64,000 bases of DNA from Candidatus Aminicenantes bacterium. Its GTDB lineage: Bacteria > Acidobacteriota > Aminicenantia > UBA2199. Each line of letters starts with the position of its first letter. Position 1 is the first letter of the stretch. The translations under genes and the position numbers were made by a program. This document shows, piece by piece, positions 45,651 to 55,977 of the stretch. The stretch is from NCBI GenBank assembly GCA_963827565.1, contig CAWHBG010000002.1, positions 970,952 to 1,034,951 on the forward strand, given 5' to 3'. The notes below the pieces were generated by a model. It did not search any database. It was not told where the DNA came from and worked only from the letters and a program-made list of their open reading frames with translations.

Positions 45651-46448
45651 ATGGCTGAAACTCTTATATTTAGATTAATTATTACATTTATTACCGGTAC
45701 CGTCTGGATATATATTTCTATAAGTACAGGCAGGCACTTCGGAAGTAATATAAGCGGATTTATTGCAGGCCTTCCATCTACTGCGCTGCTGGTTTTCTTT
45801 TTTATAGGCCTTAATCAATCTCCCGAAACAGCTGCGGCTGCTACAACGGTTTTTCCTCTCTCTTATTCTATGACTGGAATATTCCTGCTGGTATTCGCGG
45901 TGATGATCAGGCGGGGATTATCTATTGCAATTTTTTCAGGGCTTTTATTATGGTTCACCGGGGGCTTTATTATTTTTTTAATAAATCCTGAAAATTATTC
46001 TTTGAATATCTCTATTTATTTCCTGATACTTCCGGTTCTTTATTTCATTATAAAAAAAAATACAGGGAAAAGGCCGGTTTCAGGGAACAATATCCCTTAT
46101 TCTTCAAAATTTCTGTTTATAAGATCGGTTTTCGGAGGATTAATAATTACCACAGCTGTATTATTATCAAAGGTCTGCGGCCCGGTTTTCGGGGGAATAT
46201 TCTCTGCATTTCCTGCAATGTTCATCTCTACACTCATAATAGCTTATAAAACCTATGGAAAAGATTTTTCAAAAAGGATGACAAGGCCTCTTCTGGTAAC
46301 CGGTATGACAACAATTGTTGTTTACTCCATTGGGGTCAGGTTTTTTTATCCTCATTTCGGCCTTATAGCCGGTACAATTCTATCGATGCTGATCTCATCC
46401 CTCTCCGCAATCTTAACTCTTGTTTTAATGCGCAGAAATATTATTTAG
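45651..46448 (+). CDS. Polytopic integral membrane protein, unknown function
   Basis: 265 aa with about 8 hydrophobic segments. The two halves look internally similar. No motif that I can name with confidence. Confidence 0.5.
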   Translation: MAETLIFRLIITFITGTVWIYISISTGRHFGSNISGFIAGLPSTALLVFFFIGLNQSPETAAAATTVFPLSYSMTGIFLLVFAVMIRRGLSIAIFSGLLLWFTGGFIIFLINPENYSLNISIYFLILPVLYFIIKKNTGKRPVSGNNIPYSSKFLFIRSVFGGLIITTAVLLSKVCGPVFGGIFSAFPAMFISTLIIAYKTYGKDFSKRMTRPLLVTGMTTIVVYSIGVRFFYPHFGLIAGTILSMLISSLSAILTLVLMRRNII

Positions 46449-46488
46449 AAGGGGTTTTTATCTTTAAAGGATCCTGAGGATTTTAGAA

Positions 46489-46662
46489 TCAGAGAAAATT
46501 AATGATCCAGCTGCCTACAACAATTCCCACACTCATATAAAGAAAAAGTTTCAGGCCCTCTTTTTTTATCATCTTCATATCATCATATCTTATAGTCGCT
46601 ATGATAATAGAGACAATACCGGAGAATACCAGCATGGAGATAAGATGGCTTTTAAAGATCAT
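46489..46662 (-). CDS. Possible 57-aa membrane peptide, translationally coupled to the upstream gene
   Basis: Below the ORF-track size cut-off. Hand translation gives MIFKSHLISMLVFSGIVSIIIATIRYDDMKMIKKEGLKLFLYMSVGIVVGSWIINFL, with two hydrophobic helices. Its ATG overlaps the stop of 46659..47054 (ATGA). Confidence 0.3.
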   Translation of the reverse strand: MIFKSHLISMLVFSGIVSIIIATIRYDDMKMIKKEGLKLFLYMSVGIVVGSWIINFL

Positions 46663-47054
46663 TTCTTCCTCCTGGCAATATCAAAAGCATTCAATGCCAC
46701 AAGATAGTTCAGAAGTCCGGCTGATACCATATATGTCGTACCATAGTGGTAAGTAACAGATTCAATATTCCCTTTCGCAAATCCCAGAAGGTTCACAGCA
46801 ACATTGAACAACCCGAGGCCGAGATCACCCAGGAAACCGAGTATAAGGAGAGGGTGGAACTGCCTTTGCACTATACCATAATTGTTCGATGTTTCAGTAT
46901 AGGGAAGGAAAAACTTACCTTCCATAATAATTCCAAGAATAACAAGGAGCAAAATACCGGAAAAAAACACAAGAGCTTTAGTATGTTTCTTCTGTATAAA
47001 ATGGCCGGATCCGGGAAAAAGCCATGATAATAAGAATATTAAATAAGGTCTCAT
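46659..47054 (-). CDS. Small integral membrane protein, unknown function
   Basis: 131 aa with 4 predicted helices. N-terminus LLSWLFPGSGHF resembles TM2/DUF-type small membrane proteins. Confidence 0.5.
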   Translation of the reverse strand: MRPYLIFLLSWLFPGSGHFIQKKHTKALVFFSGILLLVILGIIMEGKFFLPYTETSNNYGIVQRQFHPLLILGFLGDLGLGLFNVAVNLLGFAKGNIESVTYHYGTTYMVSAGLLNYLVALNAFDIARRKK

Positions 47055-47171
47055 TGTTTTATTATACTAAATATAGAGGATTGATTCAATGATACTGTAT
47101 TGAACCTTTTTATATTACCTTTATATATGATAAAATGATATTTAATTGCCCACTTCCAGCAAGGAGATAAA

Positions 47172-48551
47172 ATGGAGTTTAAGAAAAAAATATTGTGTAT
47201 AGGGGCGGGATATGTCGGCGGTCCTACCATGGCAGTAATTGCACTCAAGTGCCCCGAATACAGGATAGATGTTGTTGACATTAACAAGGAGAGGATAGAT
47301 GCATGGAATTCCGAGGAACTTCCCATCTTTGAACCTGGACTATTCGAGATTGTAAAAGAGAGGAGAGGGAAGAATCTGTTTTTTTCTACTGATACAGAAA
47401 AAAATATCAAAGCTGCAGACATTATTTTTGTTTCCGTAAATACTCCCACAAAAACTTTCGGAGAGGGGGCGGGAATGGCATCCGACCTTCAATACTGGGA
47501 GGCTACAGCACATCAGATAGTAAAACATTCTGATAGTGATAAAATAATAGTTGAAAAGAGTACATTGCCCGTCAGGACTGCTGAAGCAATGGAACGCATC
47601 CTCAAAACAAGTAACAGCAATGTAAAATTTGAAGTAATATCCAATCCGGAATTTCTTGCTGAGGGCACTGCAATCACTGATCTTCTTGAAGCTGACAGAG
47701 TGTTAATAGGGTCCCATGACTCAGAGAAGGGGGAAAAGGCTGCACAGGAAATTGCGGACATTTACAGACACTGGCTTCCGGAAGAAAAGATCATCACCAC
47801 AAATTTGTGGTCATCTGAATTATCCAAACTCATTGCAAATGCATTCCTGGCTCAGAGGATATCTTCAATAAACTCTATTTCCGCTCTTTGTGAGAAGACA
47901 GATGCAGATATTTCAGAGATAGCTCATGCGATTGGAAGTGATTCAAGAATCGGCAAAAAATTCTTGCAGACCAGTGTCGGTTTCGGCGGTTCATGCTTCA
48001 AAAAGGATATATTAAATCTGGTCTATATTGCAAAAAGTTATGGGCTCACTGAAGTTGCAGACTATTGGGAATCTGTTGTGACAATGAATGAATATCAGAA
48101 ATCCAGATTTGTCAGAAAGATAATTAAAGAGATGTTTAATACAGTTGCAGGCAAGAAGATCACCCTTTTCGGATTTGCATTCAAGGCAAATACCGGGGAC
48201 ACAAGGGAATCACCCGCCATCGATATAACCAAAGCATTGCTCGAAGAGAATGTGAATGTCACAATTCATGATCCCAAGGCTCTTGAGAATGCTAAAACGG
48301 ACCTTATTGGAATTGATAAAAACATAATCTATGAACCCGATCCCTATAAAGCGGCAGCAAATTCAAATGCTATAATTATAACAACTGAGTGGAATAGTTT
48401 TAAAGATCTGGATTATTTAAAGATATATAAATCAATGGAGAAACCTGCCTTCATTTTTGACGGCAGGAACATCCTCGATCATAAAAATTTATTCGGTATC
48501 GGATTCAATGTCTACCCTACCGGTAAAAAACAATTAACTCACTTCTCATAG
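47172..48551 (+). CDS. ugd: UDP-glucose 6-dehydrogenase (long, eukaryote-like type)
   Basis: ILCIGAGYVGGPTMAVIA NAD-binding motif, the catalytic region GFGGSCFKKD, and FAFKANTGDTRESPA. Confidence 0.9.
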   Translation: MEFKKKILCIGAGYVGGPTMAVIALKCPEYRIDVVDINKERIDAWNSEELPIFEPGLFEIVKERRGKNLFFSTDTEKNIKAADIIFVSVNTPTKTFGEGAGMASDLQYWEATAHQIVKHSDSDKIIVEKSTLPVRTAEAMERILKTSNSNVKFEVISNPEFLAEGTAITDLLEADRVLIGSHDSEKGEKAAQEIADIYRHWLPEEKIITTNLWSSELSKLIANAFLAQRISSINSISALCEKTDADISEIAHAIGSDSRIGKKFLQTSVGFGGSCFKKDILNLVYIAKSYGLTEVADYWESVVTMNEYQKSRFVRKIIKEMFNTVAGKKITLFGFAFKANTGDTRESPAIDITKALLEENVNVTIHDPKALENAKTDLIGIDKNIIYEPDPYKAAANSNAIIITTEWNSFKDLDYLKIYKSMEKPAFIFDGRNILDHKNLFGIGFNVYPTGKKQLTHFS

Positions 48552-48561
48552 AGGGGGAAAA

Positions 48562-50388
48562 ATGTGCGGAATTATTTGTTATACAGGAAAGAGAAAAGCA
48601 ATCCCAATTCTGATAGACGGTTTAAAAAAACTGGAATACAGAGGATATGATTCTGCAGGACTTGCCGTTATCGAAAACGGGAAAACATTTATGGTCAGAT
48701 CCAAAGGTAAGGTCTCCAGTCTTGAAGCAAAATTGGGGGACTCTTTCTCTGATGCGAGTTTCGGTATCGCACATACCAGATGGGCCACCCATGGTAAACC
48801 ATCTGAATTAAACGCTCATCCCCAATCAGGATGCAACGATAAAGTCAGTGTTGTCCATAACGGAATTATAGAAAACTATCTTGAGATCAAGGAAGAACTT
48901 ATAAAAAAGGGACACACATTCTCATCAGATACAGATACTGAAGTTATTTCTCACCTTATAGAACAGAATTTTAGTGGTGACCTCGAATCTGCAGTCTTAA
49001 AATCTATTGAAAAACTGGACGGAGCATTCGGTATTGCCGTGATACACTCGGATGTTGATCATAAAGTAGTTGTAGTTAAGAGGGGCAGCCCGATCATTAT
49101 AGGAGTGGGAGAGGATGAATTTTTTGCAGCATCGGATTCAACAGCATTATCACCTTATACAAACAAGATGATCTATCTGAGTGACGACGAGATGGCAGTT
49201 CTCAATAGTGAAGACTATTATATAAAAAACCTCAGCAATGAAGTACTGAAAAAGAAAGTGGAATTCGTCGATTCCAATATGTATACAAATGACAAAAAAG
49301 GTTTTGAACATTTTATGCTCAAAGAGATATTCGAGCAGCCCGAGACAATAGAAAATGCATTCAGGGGGCGGATGATTGAGAGCGAGGGCGTTTCTAAACT
49401 TGGAGGTCTGGAACCGGTCCTTGACAGATTAAAGAATATTAAGAAACTTATTATTATTTCCTGCGGCACCAGTTACTATTCCGGGCTGATTGGAAGATAT
49501 ATATTTGAAGAATTGACAGAAATAAATGTTGAGACAGAGATCGCATCCGAGTTCAGGTACAGAAAATTGAAACTTGATGAGAATGTGGCGGTTCTTGCGA
49601 TTTCACAGTCCGGAGAAACTGCGGATACACTTGCCGCACTTAAAGAGGCAAAAAGGAAAGGGGCACTGCTTCTCGGTATAGTGAACGGGGTCGGAACATC
49701 TATCCCCCAGCTTACCGATGCCGGTGTTTACAATCACGCCGGGCCTGAGATCGGAGTTGCTTCGACAAAGATTTATACATCTCAACTGGTAATACTTACA
49801 CTGATCGCTCTCCTCATAGGCAGATATCAGGGAATGTCATTTACTGAAGGGAAAGAGATAATAAATGCTATAAAAAAACTCCCGGACCAGATCAGGGATA
49901 TTCTCAGCAATGCAAAAGATATCAAGAAGATAGCTCAGAAATACTCTGTTTACAGAGACTTCCTTTATATAGGAAGATTGTTCAACCATCCGACCGCAAT
50001 GGAAGGTGCATTAAAGCTCAAGGAGATATCATACATTCATGCAGAAGGATACGCAGCAGGAGAGATGAAGCACGGACCCATATCGCTTATTGATGAAAAC
50101 TTTCCGACCGTCGCAATTGCAACTGATGACCTTGTCCTTGAAAAGATAATCAGCAATATGGAGGAGATCAAGGCCAGAGATGGTAAAATACTTGCAATAA
50201 CAAATATAGGCGAGAAGAAAGTCAGGAAAATAGCCGATGATATCATTGCTGTCCCGAGAACACTGCCGCTTCTCCAGCCGATACTGAATATAATTCCTCT
50301 TCAATTGTTTGCTTACTATATTGCAAATGAGAAAGGGTGCGACATAGATAAACCGAGGAACCTGGCCAAATCTGTCACTGTTGAATAA
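48562..50388 (+). CDS. glmS: Glutamine--fructose-6-phosphate aminotransferase
   Basis: Begins MCGIICYTG (Ntn-amidotransferase Cys2). Two SIS domains (ISQSGETADT), and a C-terminal LAKSVTVE. Confidence 0.95.
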   Translation: MCGIICYTGKRKAIPILIDGLKKLEYRGYDSAGLAVIENGKTFMVRSKGKVSSLEAKLGDSFSDASFGIAHTRWATHGKPSELNAHPQSGCNDKVSVVHNGIIENYLEIKEELIKKGHTFSSDTDTEVISHLIEQNFSGDLESAVLKSIEKLDGAFGIAVIHSDVDHKVVVVKRGSPIIIGVGEDEFFAASDSTALSPYTNKMIYLSDDEMAVLNSEDYYIKNLSNEVLKKKVEFVDSNMYTNDKKGFEHFMLKEIFEQPETIENAFRGRMIESEGVSKLGGLEPVLDRLKNIKKLIIISCGTSYYSGLIGRYIFEELTEINVETEIASEFRYRKLKLDENVAVLAISQSGETADTLAALKEAKRKGALLLGIVNGVGTSIPQLTDAGVYNHAGPEIGVASTKIYTSQLVILTLIALLIGRYQGMSFTEGKEIINAIKKLPDQIRDILSNAKDIKKIAQKYSVYRDFLYIGRLFNHPTAMEGALKLKEISYIHAEGYAAGEMKHGPISLIDENFPTVAIATDDLVLEKIISNMEEIKARDGKILAITNIGEKKVRKIADDIIAVPRTLPLLQPILNIIPLQLFAYYIANEKGCDIDKPRNLAKSVTVE

Positions 50389-50481
50389 AATATAGTTATT
50401 TATTAACTTCTATTACTTATTTATCAATCAGTATTCGCTATCCCGAATCTTTGCCCTATTATTTCAATTGTTTTCGGGCCG

Positions 50482-50515
50482 GGTCAGGGAGTCATGCCTC
50501 CCTGACCTTATTTTT
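50482..50515 (+). terminator. Rho-independent terminator of ugd-glmS
   Basis: ggtcagggag-tcatgc-ctccctgacc, a perfect 10-bp stem, followed by ttattttt. Confidence 0.8.
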
Positions 50516-50579
50516 CTTAAAGCAGCCTTAAATTATTTACAGGTTTTACTGCTCCTCTCTTATCTTTATTTATCCTCTA

Positions 50580-51608
50580 TTATTTATAATCAAAAATCGG
50601 GGTATTTGAATTTGGATTAGTAACAACAACATTCCCGTTTTTTACCCGGACTACATGTAATCCCAAAGGCAGTCCCACCGGGATTCTCACTACTACTTCC
50701 GCTTCTGCAGGCCAGGTAAGCTGCGTCCATGAAATGATCGGCATCTCTGTGTTTCCGAAAAATATCTTGTTATTCCCCTGGGAAAAAAACCAGGTTAATC
50801 TCACTTTAACAAACTTTTTCTTGTTTGCTCTTCTAATACTCGACATCTTTTCAAGACTGTCCGGAGATACACTGTCAACCGATCCATAAGGTATGAATGA
50901 CTTTTTATTTGAAACCAACAATCCATTTCTCTTCAGGTATACAAGATTACTAACGCCAAGATTAAGTACACCGTCAGGCACAACTGCCAGGAAAGAAGAA
51001 TCCTCCCACATTCCACTCTGAACAATACTTGTATTAATATACACAACAGTACTGCCTACAGTGTTCCCGAAATTACTTCCATAAACAGAAAAGCATCTTG
51101 AAGTAGGGGTCCCATATCCCATACATGAATCGCCGAAAACCTGACTTATATTTGCCATTATTACACAGTTCACTTTTTTGGTCAGAGAATTATTTAACTC
51201 GTTTGATTCCATAACCACATTATTGTTATCAACTATTACTTTTAAAATAGTCCCTCCGGGAGGCAGTTTGAGGTTTGCAGCTAAGGGGAACCATACATGT
51301 GTAATCGTTCCACCAGGATTAACCAGAACTTTATTTTTATCAATAGCACCAAGACGTATCCCCCCCCAGGGTTTGTTCTTTTTATACATCTGGACAGCGA
51401 CTCCATTATGCAAATCGTATGCAGGTGCCTTCAGCTTTCCCGGCCCATTGTTTTTAATAGTAATATTGATCTGGCAATTATCTCCCAACCACATTTTAGT
51501 TACCTCCAGATCGGGATACATCCTTTTCGATTGAGAATTTAGCACTTGAGGTAAAACAAAGATCAATAAACTCACAAATAAAACTAAAATTAATTTTTTT
51601 CTTCCCAT
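50580..51608 (-). CDS. Secreted protein with CARDB-like and IPT/TIG-like beta-sandwich repeats
   Basis: The ATG at 51608 (MGRKKLILVLFVSLL) follows AAGGAGG. Signal peptide present. CQINITIKNNGPGKL resembles a CARDB domain. Function unknown. Confidence 0.5.
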   Translation of the reverse strand: MGRKKLILVLFVSLLIFVLPQVLNSQSKRMYPDLEVTKMWLGDNCQINITIKNNGPGKLKAPAYDLHNGVAVQMYKKNKPWGGIRLGAIDKNKVLVNPGGTITHVWFPLAANLKLPPGGTILKVIVDNNNVVMESNELNNSLTKKVNCVIMANISQVFGDSCMGYGTPTSRCFSVYGSNFGNTVGSTVVYINTSIVQSGMWEDSSFLAVVPDGVLNLGVSNLVYLKRNGLLVSNKKSFIPYGSVDSVSPDSLEKMSSIRRANKKKFVKVRLTWFFSQGNNKIFFGNTEMPIISWTQLTWPAEAEVVVRIPVGLPLGLHVVRVKNGNVVVTNPNSNTPIFDYK

Positions 51609-51689
51609 TTCCCCCTCCTTTTCAAACAAATTATCATTTGTTCTTTACTATTATATAGATCAGGATCAGAATCATCTCAAAAAAAATAA

Positions 51690-52406
51690 TTATAATTGAC
51701 AAAGAATATCTGACAACCAGTTTATTTTAGCGGTCTGGATGTTGGGGCTGGGATGGGAATAGAGCATGGGATTCTCAGGTGACACCACACCTGCTGTCCT
51801 GAAATCTTTAAGGTAGTTCATAGCCTTCTCTGCAAGTGGAAACAATCTCTTATCCCTTCCCCATCCGAGGATAACCGGTGATTTCTTATCTTTCAACTTG
51901 AACACACTTTCCCTCTCCATCCTCCGTTTGTCTGAAAATATTGTGTGGGCCCCGCTGAATTTATCTTCAAATTCCTTAACCCGTTTAAAGAATATCAAAC
52001 TTTTCGGTTCACGAATATCGGACAGATTCACAATTCTGACATGGTCCCATTTTTTTTCAGCCATTATCCTCATGACCTGATATTGAGTAACATCCGGCTT
52101 TGCAAATACCATTTCCAGAGAAGACAGATTCCCCGGAGAAGCATCTATGGAAATTACAGGTTCACGGAAACCGAATTGTCTCGGTTCTGAAGAGCCCGGA
52201 TTCATCATGACAAAAACAGAATCGGGTCTTGATGATGAAAGTTTTAGATGTTCGGAAAGAGTAACGTGAAAAGATCTCCGGAATATTTCAAGAATATTTC
52301 TGCATTTGATCTTCTCTCCTCCGGAGATTTGTAGGTCATAATAACTGCCGTAAACTGTAAAAATATCTTTTAACTCATCCGCATATAGAAATTTCAGCAT
52401 TATCAA
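51690..52406 (-). CDS. DUF1643-like protein
   Basis: VFVMMNPGSSEP ... DVTQYQVMRI ... VRIVNLSDIREP follows the conserved DUF1643 pattern (mlNPStAd ... D.T ... v.NLf..r..dp). Overlaps the upstream gene by 4 nt. Confidence 0.45.
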   Translation of the reverse strand: MIMLKFLYADELKDIFTVYGSYYDLQISGGEKIKCRNILEIFRRSFHVTLSEHLKLSSSRPDSVFVMMNPGSSEPRQFGFREPVISIDASPGNLSSLEMVFAKPDVTQYQVMRIMAEKKWDHVRIVNLSDIREPKSLIFFKRVKEFEDKFSGAHTIFSDKRRMERESVFKLKDKKSPVILGWGRDKRLFPLAEKAMNYLKDFRTAGVVSPENPMLYSHPSPNIQTAKINWLSDILCQL

Positions 52407-53206
52407 TTAATATAAGCACTGAGATATCCGACAACATGATCAAAATCACCGCTTGTTTCCCCGGAATTAGTGTATTCTATAACAACGCCCCTTTTTGCAC
52501 CTAATATCCCGGCAGCTGTCATCATTATATAAGTGGGAGCAACTCCACACATTGAGATCCTGTTTGAATAAACAGTTTCATACAGCAGATCGGGATCCAC
52601 AGCTTTTATTGCATCTATGGCCATCAAATCAAGTTTTTTTGCTTCTTCCGAACTTACATAATGGCTCATATCTGTCGACGCAACCATCAGAACCTTCTCA
52701 TCAATTTCTGATATTAATGCTCCCAGCTCTTCACCTCCGATCTTCATCATCTCTATGTTACCAGTGCCTATAGTTATAGGGAGGATCCTTGCATCCGGAT
52801 TAATCACCTGGATGAACGGAACCTGAACTTCCAGAGAATGTTCTTCTGCAGCAGGGATCGAATCTATTCCGAACACATCACTTTTTTCAATCAATTTATG
52901 GCGTAACTCTTCATTAACTTCAATATTACCGAGGGGTGTATTCCATTTGTCATTACCGTCAATTGCCATGGGATAACCCTCTCCTCTGTGATTAACACCA
53001 AGAATTATTATTGTATTTGGTATATTGACAGAACCGAAGCCTTTGCCGGCACACGACCCCGAATAAACATATCCTGCATGAGGAGAGATAAGGCCTATAA
53101 CGTTTAATTTTTTTCCAGTACTCTGAATCATCTCCTCAACTTCTTTTTTCAGAGGACCTTCCCGTCCCGGGTAGAACGTACCCGCAACTGATGGATATCT
53201 GATCAT
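52403..53206 (-). CDS. AmmeMemoRadiSam system protein B (MEMO1 family)
   Basis: N-terminal RYPSVAGTFYPG and SPHAGYVYSG motifs are typical of the family. 267 aa. Confidence 0.8.
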   Translation of the reverse strand: MIRYPSVAGTFYPGREGPLKKEVEEMIQSTGKKLNVIGLISPHAGYVYSGSCAGKGFGSVNIPNTIIILGVNHRGEGYPMAIDGNDKWNTPLGNIEVNEELRHKLIEKSDVFGIDSIPAAEEHSLEVQVPFIQVINPDARILPITIGTGNIEMMKIGGEELGALISEIDEKVLMVASTDMSHYVSSEEAKKLDLMAIDAIKAVDPDLLYETVYSNRISMCGVAPTYIMMTAAGILGAKRGVVIEYTNSGETSGDFDHVVGYLSAYIN

Positions 53207-53256
53207 TCTACACCTCTCATAATTGAAATTGTAACATATCAGATAAAATTTTTGAT

Positions 53257-54531
53257 TCAGAAATTAAGCTGCCCATTCTCTGCAACAATTTCGCCGGACT
53301 TAATTATTGTTCTGAACGGGTTGATCCCAAGGTGATATGCCAGGTAGCTGTAATCAGGGATATCGGCAAGGAGCAGGTCCATTTTTTTGCCGACACAAAT
53401 AGATCCCGCACTCTTTTCTCTGTCAATAGAATAAGCGGCATTTATTGTAATAGTATTAAGGGCTTCTTCAATGGTCAGACCCATTTTAAATATTCCAAGA
53501 TGAAAAATAAATAATTGAGATGAGATCATCGAACTTCCAGGATTAAAATCCGAACCGAGGGCAACTATAGAATCTGAATCTATCATTTTTCTTACAGGCG
53601 CATATTTGTCCATTTTCAGAAAAAAAGAGACTCCGGGAAGGAGAATCGCAGTTGTATCGGATTTAGACAGAACATCGATCTCTTCATCGGTAATTGCTAT
53701 AAGGTGTTCAGCAGATACCGCACCTTTCTTTACGGCAAGAATTGCCCCGTTATTTGAAGTGAACTCATCAGCATGTACTTTAAGTTTAAAACCGTTCTTT
53801 TTTAATTCCTCCAGATAAAACTCCGATTCATCATAAGAAAAATAACCGTCCTCACAGAATACATCTCCAAATTCGGCCAGGCCCTCTTCCTTTACCTTAG
53901 GAACAACTTCCCCTATAAGATATTTCAAGAAGTCCATATTTCTACCTGAATACTCTTCAGGGATCTCGTGAGCTCCGAGAAAGGTCGGGACAAGGTCAAC
54001 CGGATGAAAAGAATTTAGAACTTTAATTGCTTCAAGCTGTTTCAACTCACTTTCAAGGTTTAAACCGTAACCGCTTTTTGCCTCAATTGTTGTACTTCCG
54101 GAGAGGAGCATTCTGTTAAGCCGCCATTCACTCTGAGCAACCAGGTCATTTAGACCGGCTTCACGGGTTTTTCTTACACTTCCTTTAATTCCGCCACCAT
54201 TCGCGGCAATTTCCTGATAACTGATTCCCTGAAGTTTCTGCCTGAACTCATCCTGTCTTGTTTCTGCAAAAGGCAGATGTGTATGCGGATCCACGAATCC
54301 CGGAAATGCAACATATCCTGAACCATCGATCACAACAGCATTATCTTTAAGCACACATTTATTATTAAATTCTTCCTCAAATCCCAGAAATGTTATTATT
54401 TCTCCCGTGGAACCGATCCACAAACCTCTCGATATTCTTATTGAATTAAGAGTTTTCCCTCTAACTACTTCATCTGAAGCAGGATTAACCAGCTCCTTCA
54501 CGTTTTTGATCAGCAGATCAATCTCGATCAT
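53257..54531 (-). CDS. hutI: Imidazolonepropionase
   Basis: Amidohydrolase metal motifs GFVDPHTHLPF, KVHADEF and GSDFNPGS. 424 aa. Confidence 0.9.
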   Translation of the reverse strand: MIEIDLLIKNVKELVNPASDEVVRGKTLNSIRISRGLWIGSTGEIITFLGFEEEFNNKCVLKDNAVVIDGSGYVAFPGFVDPHTHLPFAETRQDEFRQKLQGISYQEIAANGGGIKGSVRKTREAGLNDLVAQSEWRLNRMLLSGSTTIEAKSGYGLNLESELKQLEAIKVLNSFHPVDLVPTFLGAHEIPEEYSGRNMDFLKYLIGEVVPKVKEEGLAEFGDVFCEDGYFSYDESEFYLEELKKNGFKLKVHADEFTSNNGAILAVKKGAVSAEHLIAITDEEIDVLSKSDTTAILLPGVSFFLKMDKYAPVRKMIDSDSIVALGSDFNPGSSMISSQLFIFHLGIFKMGLTIEEALNTITINAAYSIDREKSAGSICVGKKMDLLLADIPDYSYLAYHLGINPFRTIIKSGEIVAENGQLNF

Positions 54532-54537
54532 TTTTTG

Positions 54538-55827
54538 CTACTCCGATTTTTTTTCCCTTTGAAAAGTAGGGATATCAAGTTCATCCTCATTACTTTCATG
54601 ATTGTGTTTCTTCATAAGGCCCGGGAAAGTACCTTCATTTAAATAGCCCGGATTCACATCAGTAAGATCAGCTGGAGTGATACTTTTTTCAAACAGGTAT
54701 GGAGTATTTGCGGCTGCATCTTTTCTGATGAAATCCTTACTGGATACATTATCAACAGCAAGCTTCTGTGGAGTGTTCACCCGGGGTGGCGTTAGAGGAA
54801 ATATCTCCTCTTCACGCATTGTTCTTTTTATATTGTCAGACTTACCCAGGTTTTCAAATCCGGTTGCTATAACAGTAACCCTTATCATTTCACCCATATT
54901 GTCATCTTCAACCACACCAAACTTGCTCTTTACATCTGGGGAAACTTCAGCATTTATGGTCTCTGCGATTATTTTTAGTTCATCCCGTCTGAGAGGAAGT
55001 GTTGAAGAAGTGGTTATGTTAAAAAGCAGCCCTGTAGCGCCACTGATAGATATGTTATCCAGCAAAGGTGAATTAAGCGCCTTATTCACTGCTTCCTCAG
55101 CTCTGTTTTCACCTTTTGACTCACCAGTCCCCATCATGGTCATTCCCTTTTCGGACATGGTTGTCTTTACATCTGCAAAATCAACGTTCTGAAGGCCTGA
55201 TGTATTGATTATGTCTGAAATACCTTTGACAGCTCTAAGTAGTACTTCATCGACTTTTTTATAGGAATCCCTGAGAGGAATTTGTTCATCATCTAGTTCA
55301 AACAATTTTTCATTGGGTATAACAATAATTGCATCAACACTCTCAAGGAGACTTTTTATTCCTCCATCTGCAACTTCCATTCTGTGTTTCCCTTCAAATT
55401 CAAACGGCTTAGTTACAACTGCAACTGTAAGAATTCCCATAGATGCAGCATGGTTAGCAACAACCTGTGAAGCGCCGGTACCGGTACCGCCCCCCATTCC
55501 GGCTGTGATAAAGATCATATCAGACCCCTCAAGCATATCAGTAATCATCTCAGTACTTTCAAGCGCTGCTTTCATACCGATCTCCGGATTCGATCCGCTT
55601 CCCTCTTCCCGGGTTAGTTTTTCACCTATCTGAAGTGTGAGTGATGGTGATTTAATATTAGCAAGATCCTGAATATCAGTATTAATGGCAATAAACTCCA
55701 CGCCTGAAAGCCTCTCTTCTATCATTCGGTTAATGGCATTACCGCCACCGCCTCCAAGACCCAGTACTTTCAATACTGCTCCATCTTTCCTTCTCTTCTT
55801 TAAAGTTATTTTTACTTCTTCACTCAT
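54538..55827 (-). CDS. ftsZ: Cell division protein FtsZ
   Basis: Tubulin signature GMGGGTGTGASQVV. The ATG at 55827 (MSEEVKI) is preferred because TAGGAGGAG lies upstream. The longer ORF to 55899 overlaps the ftsA tail. Confidence 0.95.
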   Translation of the reverse strand: MSEEVKITLKKRRKDGAVLKVLGLGGGGGNAINRMIEERLSGVEFIAINTDIQDLANIKSPSLTLQIGEKLTREEGSGSNPEIGMKAALESTEMITDMLEGSDMIFITAGMGGGTGTGASQVVANHAASMGILTVAVVTKPFEFEGKHRMEVADGGIKSLLESVDAIIVIPNEKLFELDDEQIPLRDSYKKVDEVLLRAVKGISDIINTSGLQNVDFADVKTTMSEKGMTMMGTGESKGENRAEEAVNKALNSPLLDNISISGATGLLFNITTSSTLPLRRDELKIIAETINAEVSPDVKSKFGVVEDDNMGEMIRVTVIATGFENLGKSDNIKRTMREEEIFPLTPPRVNTPQKLAVDNVSSKDFIRKDAAANTPYLFEKSITPADLTDVNPGYLNEGTFPGLMKKHNHESNEDELDIPTFQREKKSE

Positions 55828-55977
55828 ATCTCCTCCTAGAATCCTATAAATCTCCATATCTTCTGTAAAAATGCCCTCCGTTAGAATCAGGCATAACACC
55901 TCTGTTTCTCATGTCCAGCAGTCCATACTTAATAAGCCCGAGGGAGGTTGAAAAATCAGGTGTATTGACTTTGTCAA

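Noticed and set aside
47051-47449. 132-aa minus-strand ORF overlapping the ugd start
   Set aside because: It overlaps the ugd promoter, RBS and NAD-binding region antisense. The ugd frame is unambiguous.
48552-48561. glmS ribozyme upstream of glmS
   Set aside because: Only 10 nt separate the ugd stop from the glmS start, so there is no room for the ~170-nt ribozyme. glmS is co-transcribed with ugd.
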